DNA of 63,205 bases, counting the filler, from Olpidium bornovanus S191 (taxonomy: Eukaryota; Fungi; Olpidiomycota): the NCBI GenBank assembly GCA_017911155.1. It is 28 parts of 28 records of this genome, joined end to end, with 100 filler letters (N's around TTAATTAATTAA, not from the genome) between each part and the next. Parts side by side here need not be neighbours in the genome. Positions count along the whole stretch, not along the records: positions 1 to 2,150 come from JAEFCI010010002.1; positions 2,251 to 3,501 come from JAEFCI010001963.1; positions 3,602 to 5,181 come from JAEFCI010012423.1; positions 5,282 to 7,820 come from JAEFCI010002379.1; positions 7,921 to 9,827 come from JAEFCI010007873.1; positions 9,928 to 11,641 come from JAEFCI010000619.1; 22 more parts are not named here. One strand, 5' to 3'. The position numbers and the translations under genes were made by a program. The notes below the pieces were generated by a model. The model saw nothing but the letters and a program-made list of their open reading frames with translations, had not been told where the DNA came from and made no database searches. Positions 1-10,693 of the stretch are shown piece after piece (position 1 is the first letter of the stretch; each line of letters starts with the position of its first letter).

Positions 1-1858
1 CCCCCACCTTTCACATCGCCGGTCAATTTAAACGACCGGCTCGCCATCAACCTCTTCAGGTGGTCCACCGCCCGTCTGTTGGCCCACGCGGGGTTCGATG
101 GTGAGCCCTTTTGCGTCCGCAAGCCGCCCTTTCGCGGTCCGCAATCTTCCGTTCGCTTTACGGGGATTTTTCCCGTCTGACTTCGCCGTTGGAATATGCG
201 TTTCGCGTACCAGCTGCGGAAAGCGAAGCTCTCCAAGTCGCTACGGAAATTGGCGCCGAATTCTTAACCAACCTGGGCAGGACGGCGAACAAGTATTGTG
301 AGTCGTACAACCGGAAGATGTCTCCCTCGGTAGGCGCGGGGGTTGACTCGACTTTCCCCCCTTCATCGTTCCACAGTTTTGTTTTCTTCCGGCCGGCTGT
401 TTGTCGTCAAGGGCGAATTTGCTGACAACAGTCCTTAATAAGGAAATCCTGCTGCACACGCTGTCGGAAAACCAGATCGGCGGTGTGCAGGCGCTGGAAA
501 GCTACGTGAAGGGCGACATCGAGAGGTTTGGCGTCAAACTTTCCGACCTCAGCCGACGGCTCGACGCCGTCGGCGAGACGACGACGGTAAGGGAGCGTCG
601 GGGCTTCGGCACTTCGCTGCTTTTTCGTTTCGCCTGCAGTTTTAGCGGTTATCCGATGCAGGGCGATAATTTTTCTTCTCTAATGATTTTTATTATCGTC
701 GTTGCGGTCAACTAGGCGTCGAGTCGTGCCGGCGAGGCCGAACCGGCTCCACAAGCTCCGGACAGCGAGGAGGATGCTCTCATGTTGTACGTCTTGCGCT
801 CGGTTCTCCGGCAATTACGGACCTTCGCGCGCGTCGGCGGGAGGCACCCCTTCTGCTGTTCAGCACGGCGCGAGAAGGGGGGGTATTCATTTTTTTTTTC
901 TCCTCTGTACGAGCGAGGGGCTAAGTTCGATTTCATGCATTGCGGGCGTTTTTCCGTTTCTGGATTTTCAGCGGCGGCTTCACGGCAGAGCTCGGCGAGG
1001 ATTTCTTCGGCTTCAAGGAGCTGGGTTTGGACAAGGAATACAGCATGAACGAGCTGAGGGTATGGCGGGGGCCGGGTGTGGGGGGGGGGGGGGGGGGGGG
1101 CGGGGGGGGGGGGGGGGGGGTAGTGCCGCCTGCCTTGTTTGCTGGTCCCAGCGCGATAAAAACCGGAGCGCGGTTTTTAACGACTCCTCGACCGGTTGTA
1201 GATCCCAATGCGGCTTCTGAAAGGCACTCAAGGCCCGGCGGCAGAGGGCAAGGATGAGTCGGCAGGAAGTACGCGCTGCGGGAGTTGTTCGGAATTACAA
1301 TGCTCCGCGAAACGGGGTAATGGCATGCTTTAACTTTTTATGGTGTCCAGAACCCCCACAGTACCCACCACCGCCAAAATTTGCCCCGGTTGATCTTCGG
1401 GAGGAAATCGGCCTGCTGCGCGCTTTCTTGGAGCAAAAGCTGGTGGAAGGCGGCGGCAAAATTATTGAGGTGCGCGACCCCCCCGAACTCGGGATGGATC
1501 TATTTTTTTTTGTTTTGTTGTAGATTGTCCAACCCGCATGACCTGGCGTCAAAGAGGAGGGGATCTTGCTAACCCCCTGTCCCGCGTACCGTATGACCTC
1601 CAGGATGAGGACACCTTCACGCGGCAGCTGCCCTCCCTCCCGCCGACGGGAAAGCTCATCTCGAAAGCGGCTCTCCTGCGGAAGAAGGCGCCGTCCGAGG
1701 CTCTGCTCCTGCGGAGGAAAAAGCAGGAAGAGGAGAGGGCTCAGAAACGAAAGGAGAAGGACGAGGCCAAGGCCGCCCGCATGAGAGAGAAGTCGGAGAA
1801 AAAGCGGCAGCGGGAGGAAAAGAAACAACGGGAGAGGGAAGAGAAGAAGGCGAAGAAG
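1..1858 (+). CDS. SPT7: SAGA complex subunit Spt7, C-terminal histone-fold region (multi-exon, partial)
   Basis: Spliced exons 1-100, 214-329, 441-586 and later give ARLLAHAGFD-AAESEALQVATEIGAEFLTNLGRT, EILLHTLSEN..LESYVKGDIERFG, GEDFFGFKELGLDKE..IPMRLL, then a K/E-rich tail. These are Spt7 hallmark motifs. Confidence 0.85.
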
Positions 1859-2150
1859 GTCGGGTCGAAACCTTTTTGTCTTTCCCCATTTGGCGAAAAG
1901 CGCGACGGTCTTCTTCTTTTTGTTTTTTTTTTTTTTTTTTTTTGGCTCGTTGGTCGGGGTGTGGCAGGCGCGCGCACGGTTTTGTTTTTTTTCCTTTTTG
2001 GCAAAGGAGTCACGAAGCCCCGCACTGACCATGCTATTGCTGTGGGGGGGGGGGTTGTGGGGAGACGGAGAGAGGCGGGGATGCGACCGTCGGTGCGACG
2101 CCATCGGGCAGCGGCGTAACCGGGTCAAAGGCAGCGGACACGCGTACACG

Positions 2151-2250
2151 NNNNNNNNNNNNNNNNNNNNNNNNNNNNNNNNNNNNNNNNNNNNTTAATT
2201 AATTAANNNNNNNNNNNNNNNNNNNNNNNNNNNNNNNNNNNNNNNNNNNN
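2151..2250. other. Artificial contig spacer N44-TTAATTAATTAA-N44 (first of 27)
   Basis: Identical 100-bp spacers start at 2151, 3502, 5182, 7821, 9828, 11642, 14358, 16616, 20525, 21938, 23401, 24770, 26664, 28305, 30364, 31691, 34321, 36395, 38272, 43783, 50190, 51594, 53330, 54917, 57016, 58347 and 61824. TTAATTAATTAA gives stops in all six frames. Confidence 0.99.
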
Positions 2251-2322
2251 CCCCCCCCCCCTTTCCCCCCCTCTCCCGTCCCTTGCATCGAAACTCCAAC
2301 CCCTCGCGCGCATAAAGCAAAC

Positions 2323-2541
2323 CTTCGTCTTGCTGTTGACCATCCCAAAGTAGAACTCATTGGGGTTTCTAAAGTAAGCCTTGTCCCTGGCCGCTTTGAG
2401 CCGCTTCTGCTTCGAGTGGTAGTCTCTGGCGCGCAAAACATAGTCCTTTTTCTTCTCAAGCAATCCTAGGTTCTGCCGCGCTGCCGGTTGAGAACGCTCC
2501 TTATGGTTCCGCCGCTGTACGGCGTTCCGGAAGGACGACAT
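2323..2541 (-). CDS. UTP11: U3 snoRNP protein Utp11, first exon (rest lost at gap)
   Basis: [58 protein letters not shown], followed by a GT donor. Confidence 0.97.
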
Positions 2542-3023
2542 TTTGGCCGAAAGAACTTCGAGCCTCGTTCCAAATCTTCGGCAGCAGCTATTCCTCTAAC
2601 CTTCCCCCCAGCACAACCGGTGGGCAAGTCCTGGAGGTTCACTCTAACGGACGTATGCTGTGCCAAATCACGAAGAAGGGGGCGACCAGGAGAAGGTGCA
2701 GGCGGGAGCGAGCGGTTGCGGACGGGCCTGCCGGAGGGTCGTGTCTCGTGTTGGCGAGGTTTTGTTCCCCTTCGAGCTTTTGGGCACGGGAGGTAGGGGC
2801 GGAGAGAAAGCGGCCTTTCAGGCACGTGATGCGCTAAAGCATTCACGTGACTTTCCTGCAATTTATTTCCTCCGCACGCCGCCAGGGGTTGTTTTATTTG
2901 ATTTTTTTTTGTTTTTTCCTTTTGTTTATGGCTCAGCCCGCGCTCTCCGAACCGACACGCCGGAGCGCGATCGCCACGCGGGGGCAGACGCCCCCCTCTT
3001 AGACGCCGCCGCGCGCCCCTAAT

Positions 3024-3501
3024 ATGGCCGCGGACGAAGCGTCGCCGGTGGCCCACCCCAACATCAGCGGCGGGTGGTTCACCGAGACCGCCGCGCTGTG
3101 GCCAGGGCAAGGTGAGAACGCACGTCCTCTCGCCGAGCCCTCCCTTCGGGACTCTGGGCCGGGAGCCGCGCGGACCGCAGGGCGCGGTTTGGTGAACGCA
3201 TTGCCTCAGCCGGCCCGAAGTCGAAGAGAGCGGGGCTTGGCTGCTGCTCCAGAACGAAAAACATTTGGACGCGCCGGCCAAGTGCCAGCGCGCTCTGTGC
3301 GCCTGCCTTGAACGTCCGGCCGGCTGCTTCCCACCTCGTTCACTTTAAGTCGCTATATCGCCTTCCAATTTTGCCGCAGCCATGAAAATTAAAGTAGAGG
3401 AAATTCTCTATCACAAGCCTTCCAAGTACCAGGACGTGCTTGTCTTTCAGTCTAAAACCTATGGGACTGTGCTGGCCCTCGACGGCGTCATCCAGTGCAC
3501 C
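3024..3501 (+). CDS. SPE3: Spermidine synthase, N-terminal part (exons 3024-3111 and 3380-3501, truncated)
   Basis: [19 protein letters not shown]|[41 protein letters not shown]. Confidence 0.96.
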
Positions 3502-3601
3502 NNNNNNNNNNNNNNNNNNNNNNNNNNNNNNNNNNNNNNNNNNNNTTAATTAATTAANNNNNNNNNNNNNNNNNNNNNNNNNNNNNNNNNNNNNNNNNNN
3601 N

Positions 3602-4855
3602 ACATGATCCGACGGCAAAGCAAACTTACGTTTAAGGGCATTCAGGTACAAACCAACACCTTTCATTTTGAACTCGTACCGTCCGGCAGTGAAAAAGTAA
3701 AGTGTGTTCTCCAAGTCAAAATCTGAGTGCCCACAAAAATGTCCCTTGACGAATTCATGAATTTTATCTTTGTTGGTAGAATGGAGATTCTGCGATTCGT
3801 GCATCGCCATTAACTGTAAAATACGCGGCCAAAATCCAATGTTAGACACCTTTGGCCCTTTTTGGAACGGTAACATGGCCCAGGATCCCCCCCCCCTCCT
3901 CCCCGGACATGGGTCATTACATTGGCAATGTTAAGCCCGCTGGGGAGAATGCAATCAGGACTCCTCTTGAGGAGGTTTTCCGCCTCGTAACCCGTTATAT
4001 TTGAGACGGTGGTGAAGCAATCGGCGCACTGAGTAGCCAAGTATTCAATACGGTAGCGGCGATATATCCCGCCGTCGGTTGCTTCCTTCTCACAGTCAAA
4101 ATTCTGCAAGTTGCCGTACAGGTCGACGCCTGACGCGGACAGGTGTCGCCCAAGGACGGTGGCATGGGCGGTGAAAATCGTGGCCAGCTCCAAACGCCGC
4201 TTGGCGGCGAGAATCAAACCAGCAGCTGCGAGCCACTCGTGGAAATGTGCAATGACCGCATGAGAAGTGTCGTGCTTGAGGTACTAAAGGCGGCAAATGC
4301 AGGAACGCCGATTGAATTTTGCAAAAATCTTGGTTGGGCAAGCGGCACATAGCGGCAAAGCCTGCGCCGCCCTGGGACAGCCCCGGCGGCACACCTACCT
4401 CATCGAAAAACCATGCAACCACGTAACCAAACGAGACTGCGTTGTTGGCCTCGACGTCTTCGTCCGAAGCGGAGGCGTTCAACATGTTCCAAAAATATCT
4501 CTTCCACCGGCTGAGCCGCTCCCAGACCGACGCGAGGTCGAAGAGGAGGACATGGGGAGCTCCCTCGATCAGCCACCTCCCATAATGGTATTTGACACCG
4601 TACGACGACAGCGTGTTCAAGGCGGCCTTTAAATATGAGCTTGCCGGCTCCAGAGCCTCGACCTCGTGCGCGACAGTTTTTGGGTTTAGCGGGCCGATAA
4701 GGGTGTACCGGTCCCCGAACTCGCGGACAGTGACAGGTGCCTTGGACTGGAAGAGGCCCGGTTCTAAGTTTGAGCATTTCGTGTGCATGAGTTTGAAAAA
4801 AGGTCGACTTTCCCCAGCATGTGGCATACTTTCAACACGGTGTAGATTCCGCCGA
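3602..4855 (-). CDS. GSY: Glycogen synthase (GT3), divergent, internal exons only
   Basis: Exons give VGGIYTVLK|SKAPVTVREFGDRYTLIGP..GRWLIEGAP, AHFHEWLA..TAHATVLGR, FTTVSNIT, HESQNLH, DFDLENTLYFFTAGRYEFK. Confidence 0.95.
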
Positions 4856-5081
4856 CTGGATTAACAACAAAAAGAACGTAACGCGTAAGAATCGGCGCGA
4901 TACGTAACCCGGAAGTTGACCAAGGACAATGGAGAGGGAACGCCGCCCAGCATAAGCGACGGCGCAGCGAGGCAAAACCCGCGCCTTTGACAACCTTCTT
5001 TTTCCTTCCAAGCGTCATCCTCTTCCTCGGCGTACCGCCGCGATCTTCGCCAGTCGAAGCGGGGGTGGGTGGAGGAGGAGG

Positions 5082-5119
<38 letters not shown>

Positions 5120-6269
5120 GGCCATATCAGGGACCCCCACGCGCGAAAAGCCCCCCCCCCTCCCCCCCCCCGGCGCCCCCCNNNNNNNNNNNNNNNNNNN
5201 NNNNNNNNNNNNNNNNNNNNNNNNNTTAATTAATTAANNNNNNNNNNNNNNNNNNNNNNNNNNNNNNNNNNNNNNNNNNNNCATGCTAAAATCCAAGTTT
5301 GACAGGCGTCACATTGCCTGGAAATTGAGAATGCAGGCATAATTTATGCATCCTAAAAGTTAAGTTTGACCCTCTCCCCACATAATAGTTTTCCAACGTG
5401 GGGTTTGTCTCTGAAGTTTGTCACAGTTTGCGTCAGTGTTGGCAAACCTTTGGATCAAGCTGGCCAATGCACAACAAACACTACATTTCGCCACTGTGGA
5501 TTTTGGGGATGAGGCTCAGACCTTTTTGAGTACTCCAAAACCGTCTGCACAGGTCATTGCAACACGCCAAGCATACTGACCACGACAGATAGCGCTTAAC
5601 TGCTCCTGCCCACACATATAGCCGCAACATATGCCATAAATCAAAACCTAATCTTGTCTTGACGACAAATCAGATGCGAGACCCACTTAACCGCAGATAA
5701 AAAAAAAATTAGGAAAGTGCTTAAGCTGCAGAAGTCAATCCAAGTGTTGAAGACTCACAAACGAGAACGAACTGCAGCATTTACACGCTTGATGACCTCA
5801 TTGGCCGGCAGGTTGCGCCGCTTGCATTCTTTGGCAGCTTGATCTTGATATGTGACGGCTCAATTGATATTGAGCTCAGGCGGATCACCTCAACTTAAAT
5901 GTTAAGGACCTCTTACAACTGCAGGCTACAAAATTCTTTCTCCCGTCCTGTCCTTTCGCTCTCTCAGCAATGCCAGTTGCGTGTCCCCGGTAAGCCAAAC
6001 TTGACAGGCCGAAGTCCAGTCAGGTACGTGCGTATCAACGTTTTGCAGTCCTTTAATCGTTCGTTTCCCTTTGCCTGCTTGACCTTGCCGACATCTCCGT
6101 ACACCCGAGAGGTCCTTCGCCGAACCGCCGCAGGATTTTCCTTGTTTCTCTGCGTTCCGCTTCCTCCTGCGCACACGCAGCTTCGCCAGTTTCGGCCGGC
6201 TTGCGCCCGAATTCTCAGAGCGGGGCCACGGCCCGCTAATCCAACGACCCCACGACCCGGGCCATCCTC

Positions 6270-7820
6270 ATGGCAGACGGTGCCGCCGCCACAGCGGCGG
6301 CAGGCATGCCGCACCTGCCGCCGCCGGCGAACGACGTCGTGTCTCGGCCAAAGGCCCTTGCCGGTGCCGCGGATGCCGGCACATTCCGTGCCGTCAGCAG
6401 CTCCCCGTCCTCGCCCGCGATCGCGCTAACCCCGCAACAGCCGCCGCCGGCGTACACCAAGGGTGGCAGCTCCGCCCTGGCAGTGTCTTCCACGCTCGGG
6501 GCCCGCGCGTACGTCAGCAAATCGAGGTCCGCGCTGGATCTGCGCGCGTACCGCCACGACCTGTCCACTGCTCCAATAAGTCGCTCCCAGTCAGTGTCGT
6601 TTGGCTCCTTTTCCAACGTCGGCCAAGGAGTTACTGCCTCTTCGTTGGATATGATTGTAGGCGTGGCAGGTGAGCAGCCAGCAGGTGAGTCGACGCCGGC
6701 GTAACAGGGCTGAGGTTCATTCCCTCCGGCGACAAGCCCGACGAGATTGTGAAGTTGCGGTACTTCGCACCTAGCCTGGCGCGATACTTCCAACACAGAT
6801 GCCGTGGGACGGTTGAACCTGTGGGCGATTACTGCCGTTGTTCTCGGCCTCACTTCGTTTGCCGCACGGCGCTCTCCCGTCGTTCTCTACAGCCGAAGAC
6901 CCGTCGCCGCCGGATGTCACGATGCCCCAGCTCAACTTCCGCGGCCAGCCTTTCCGCGAAACAACATCCTTGCTCCGCGTACCGACGGCGACGAGCGATG
7001 CATCGACCATGGCGGAAAAATCGCGCGGCACCGCGCGGGAGATAAAGGAACCCCGCAAGACGGTCGCTTCCGGGGCGCATTGGCCAGACGAGAATGAGTC
7101 GTCTACTTCTGATAGCTCCCAGTCGGCCGCCAACGCTGCAATGGTCGGCGCGTCACTCGAGTTCACGAAGAAAAAAAAAAACACTGATTTTCACGCACTT
7201 TTTAGGAGCGTACCCGAAGAGGAAGTGCTTATTGACGGTGGGTTGTGGGAATTCGATACGTAGGCCTTGCTTGCGCGGTTCTGACTTAGTGTGACGTACT
7301 GATGACCTCTCCGTTTCACTTTTCCCCTCCCGCCGTACAGAATTTATTTGTGCGTTGCAACGCGAAATCTTGGTCCAAGGAAAACTCTATGTCACGCGGA
7401 GCCACATCTGCTTCTACGCGAACATCTTCGGTTGGGTCACGCAGCTGGTCATTGCGTTCACCGAGGTGGTAAACATTGAGAAGAAGATGGCTGCACTTCT
7501 CTTTCCGAGCGCGATACAAATTGCGACGCTGCACAGCAAGGTGATCGGTTCTTCCTGGTTCCTCGCACCCGCCTGCGCGAGAAGCGGGACTAACCCCTTT
7601 TTAAGCATTTCTTCGCATCGTTTCTATCGCGAGATGCTGCATACCATAGGCTGATGGAGTGTTGGAACGCCTCCCGCAATGTGTCCCAGTCGCCGCCCCC
7701 TGTGTTGAAGGCGGATGCGCTGGATGCTGTAGAGTCAGCCGCTTGTTCGGGTTCTTCCTTCGACTCCGTCTCGCGTTCTGAGAGCTCGCTCAATAGCGAG
7801 GACGGGGGGACTGCACATGA
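6270..7820 (+). CDS. GRAM-domain membrane-contact/sterol-transfer protein (LAM/Ysp2/GRAMD1 family), partial
   Basis: Disordered N-terminus, then NTDFHALFRSVPEEEVLID|..CALQREILVQGKLYVTRSHICFYANIFGWVTQLVIAFTEVVNIEKKMAALLFPSAIQIATLH, a typical LAM-type GRAM domain. The N-terminal exon structure is uncertain. Confidence 0.88.
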
Positions 7821-8363
7821 NNNNNNNNNNNNNNNNNNNNNNNNNNNNNNNNNNNNNNNNNNNNTTAATTAATTAANNNNNNNNNNNNNNNNNNNNNNNN
7901 NNNNNNNNNNNNNNNNNNNNAAACGCAGGGGGAAAAAAAAAAAAAATAAAATAAAAAACAGAGGAAATTTGCGAGCCTAAAAGGCAAACTCCACCCAACA
8001 ACAGCGCAGATCAAAAAAAAAAAAAAAAAAAAAAAACAAAAAAAAAAACAAAAAAAAAAACAAAAAAAAAAACAAAAAAAAAACCCCCATCCGCAGAAAA
8101 AGAGAGAGAGCTCACACACAGACACACAGGCACACACACACACACACACCTCACCTCCCCGCCGCCCGCCGGAAAGAGTTACCTCTGACGCTGTCTATCC
8201 GCGGAGCACATCGCCCGTCGGCCTGCTCGTCGCTCTCTCGTCTTCCCTCTCGTCCAAGTAGCGTCCTTGCAGACTGTTGACGCCGCCTGAAAAGTCGAAC
8301 GCCCCACCTCCACCCTCCCCTCCCCCACTCCCGCACTCTTCGGCCCGGAGATTTCCGGCCGAA

Positions 8364-9547
8364 ATGGCGCTGCTTCAGTCGACAATGGTTTCGCCGGCGG
8401 GAGACGGCGGCGGGCGGTGCTCGCCGGAGTGGCTCCCGCGCGGCTGCTTGCGGTCCCTGCGGTCGGAGTGGGAAACGAAGACGGCGTGGGAAGAGCCGGC
8501 GGCCGCCACCTTCTCCTTGGCGTCACCTTTGCCGGCGGCGCAGACGACCCCGGTGATCATCCACACGGTGACCAGGAGTGATACTCTCGAAGGCATAGCT
8601 CTTCAATACGGCATAGAGGTGAGGGAAGGTCGGTCCCGGAGAAGCGCCGGAGGTTGACGCTCTCTGGCAAAATCCAGCCGCAAAGCGGGGACTGCGGGTT
8701 CAACCCTCCCCGCCCCCACACCCAGCAGGGCAAAACTCTCTGACGGAGCGACGCCTGCCCTGCCCAGGTTTGCGCCGTACGATCCGCCAACCACCTCTGG
8801 GCGCATGAATCTCTGCAGTTCACAGACAAGAGGCTTATTTATATCCCTATTGAGAGGTGCACCGCGGTCAGCCGGGCCGCCGAGCGGTCGTTCGGAATCA
8901 AGCGGCCGTCAGCAACCCCGCACGCCGGCGGGAGGGACGGCGGCGCGATAAGCGTGTGGGAACAGCCGCCGGCGCCGAACGCCGCGCACGGGCCGCCCGC
9001 GTGCCGCCGGCGGCAGCGCCAGTACGGGTCCATTTCGCAGGCCGAGCGGGCTTTCTTCGAAGCCGCCGGCGCCCGAGGACGAACGGCGGCGGCGTCGGCC
9101 CGCGGCTCGAGCTCGCGCCGGCCGTCGCCGGCCCCGCCGCCGTCGGCGGGTTCGTCGTCGTCGCAGCGCTCGTCGGTGTCGTCGATGACGTACGTGGACG
9201 TGGACACGAGCGACTGGGAGCCGGCGAAGGCGACGGCCGCTCCGCCGTGGCGCCCGGAGGCCCCCCGCGCGGTGGTCGGGCGGATCGACACCCGGCGGTT
9301 GTCTTTCTTCCCCGGCCGCGGCGGCCCACGACCGCCGGCGCAGGCGCCCGTCCCGCCCCCCGCAGGGCCGCCGCCGGCGGCCGCGGCCGCGGCCCCCCCG
9401 TGCTTGCCGCGGGCGCAATCGAGCACGTCGCCGATGCAGTCGCTCGCCGGGTTTTCGAAATCCCTCCTGTCCGCATTGCACCGGAGACACATCCGGGCGG
9501 CGATGCGCGTGGCGGGAGTTGGCGCAGAGGAAGCGCAAGAGCAGTAG
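8364..9547 (+). CDS. Single-LysM-domain protein, about 344 aa (exons 8364-8618 and 8768-9547), no signal peptide
   Basis: The splice joins HTVTRSDTLEGIALQYGIE|VCAVRSANHLWAHESLQFTDKRLIYIP (LysM consensus). The C-terminus is P/A/S-rich. Confidence 0.85.
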
Positions 9548-10333
9548 AGAAAGTCACGCCACATTTTTTTTTTCTTTCGCTTTTTTGTGATCAACGCACG
9601 TAATCAATGTAATACTCCCCTCCGTCCCTCCCACCATCCATCCGTCCACCCGGGATAGGCACGGAATAGAATGAGCATCTCTTGGGAAACGCCAAGAAAC
9701 GCTGCGGTCGTGCCGCCCCCCACTGCGGGTAACGTTCCGTCTCTGTGTCCGATTAGCCGCACGCTCCGTTTGTTATGCACTCTTTGCCGAACGTCGAATC
9801 CCCCCCGCCCCCAAACAACGGCACATGNNNNNNNNNNNNNNNNNNNNNNNNNNNNNNNNNNNNNNNNNNNNTTAATTAATTAANNNNNNNNNNNNNNNNN
9901 NNNNNNNNNNNNNNNNNNNNNNNNNNNACACGTGGAAACCACACGCTGTCACAGCTGCGCCGCCAAAACCCATTCCTTCCAGCAGTCAAGTCCCTTCTTT
10001 TGGCAACGCGACGCCGTCAGAGGCGCACCATACATCATATGTGTCATGATTCGCCAGGTGCCAAGATAAGCGGCCCCGCCCAAGCGCGTCTGCTGCGCCT
10101 AAGCCATGCGACGTCATGGCGGCGCCAAGCCGTCCCGCCAAGCCGTCGCCTTTGCGCCAAAATGCGGCCCCACCAAGCGTGCCCACAGAGCCCCGTCACG
10201 TAGCGTCAAGATTCCGTGACTGCACCAAGGCAGGCAGCCACACCAAGTGTGCAACCTGCTCAGGTCACGTGGCGTCATCATGCCGGTATGCACTGTTGTC
10301 TAGCTGCGGCTGGCACGTGACCATGACCAAGAC

Positions 10334-10693
10334 TGTAACGTATCAAGATACCTCCCTAGTCTGCGCTACGCGCTATCGGGAGATTGTATTCAACAGTTCT
10401 AATGTGTCGAGATACCTGATCTGCACAAGGCGTTATCTGAAGACTGTATTCGACAGTCCTGGTTCGCCGGTCAATTCCCCGCGGCGGAACTCTTTGCCGA
10501 AATAAGCTCTCCTGGCTTGGCGTTTCGTTTGTCTTTTTGCACGTCGCCTGCTCTCCCTCAGCGGCTGCCGTTGTAGTCAAACCTTTCTGACGAAGCTTCG
10601 TGCTTCCACTTTTTTGCACCCGCAATCTCTCACATCCTCGTCTGTGTTTTTGTCACGATGCTGGCAGTGGTTAGCAAGAAAATGCCCTCAACA
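10334..10693 (+). mobile_element. Candidate LTR (TGT...ACA) followed by AC-TGG
   Basis: Starts TGTAACG and ends TCAACA, then 2 nt and TGGTTAAACAG. Contains an imperfect ~60-bp internal duplication (AGATACC...TGTATTC). No second copy in the window. Confidence 0.3.

Noticed and set aside
8839-9603. Five overlapping 200-250-aa ORFs
   Set aside because: GC-rich, stop-poor DNA. Only the frame continuing the LysM exon is supported.
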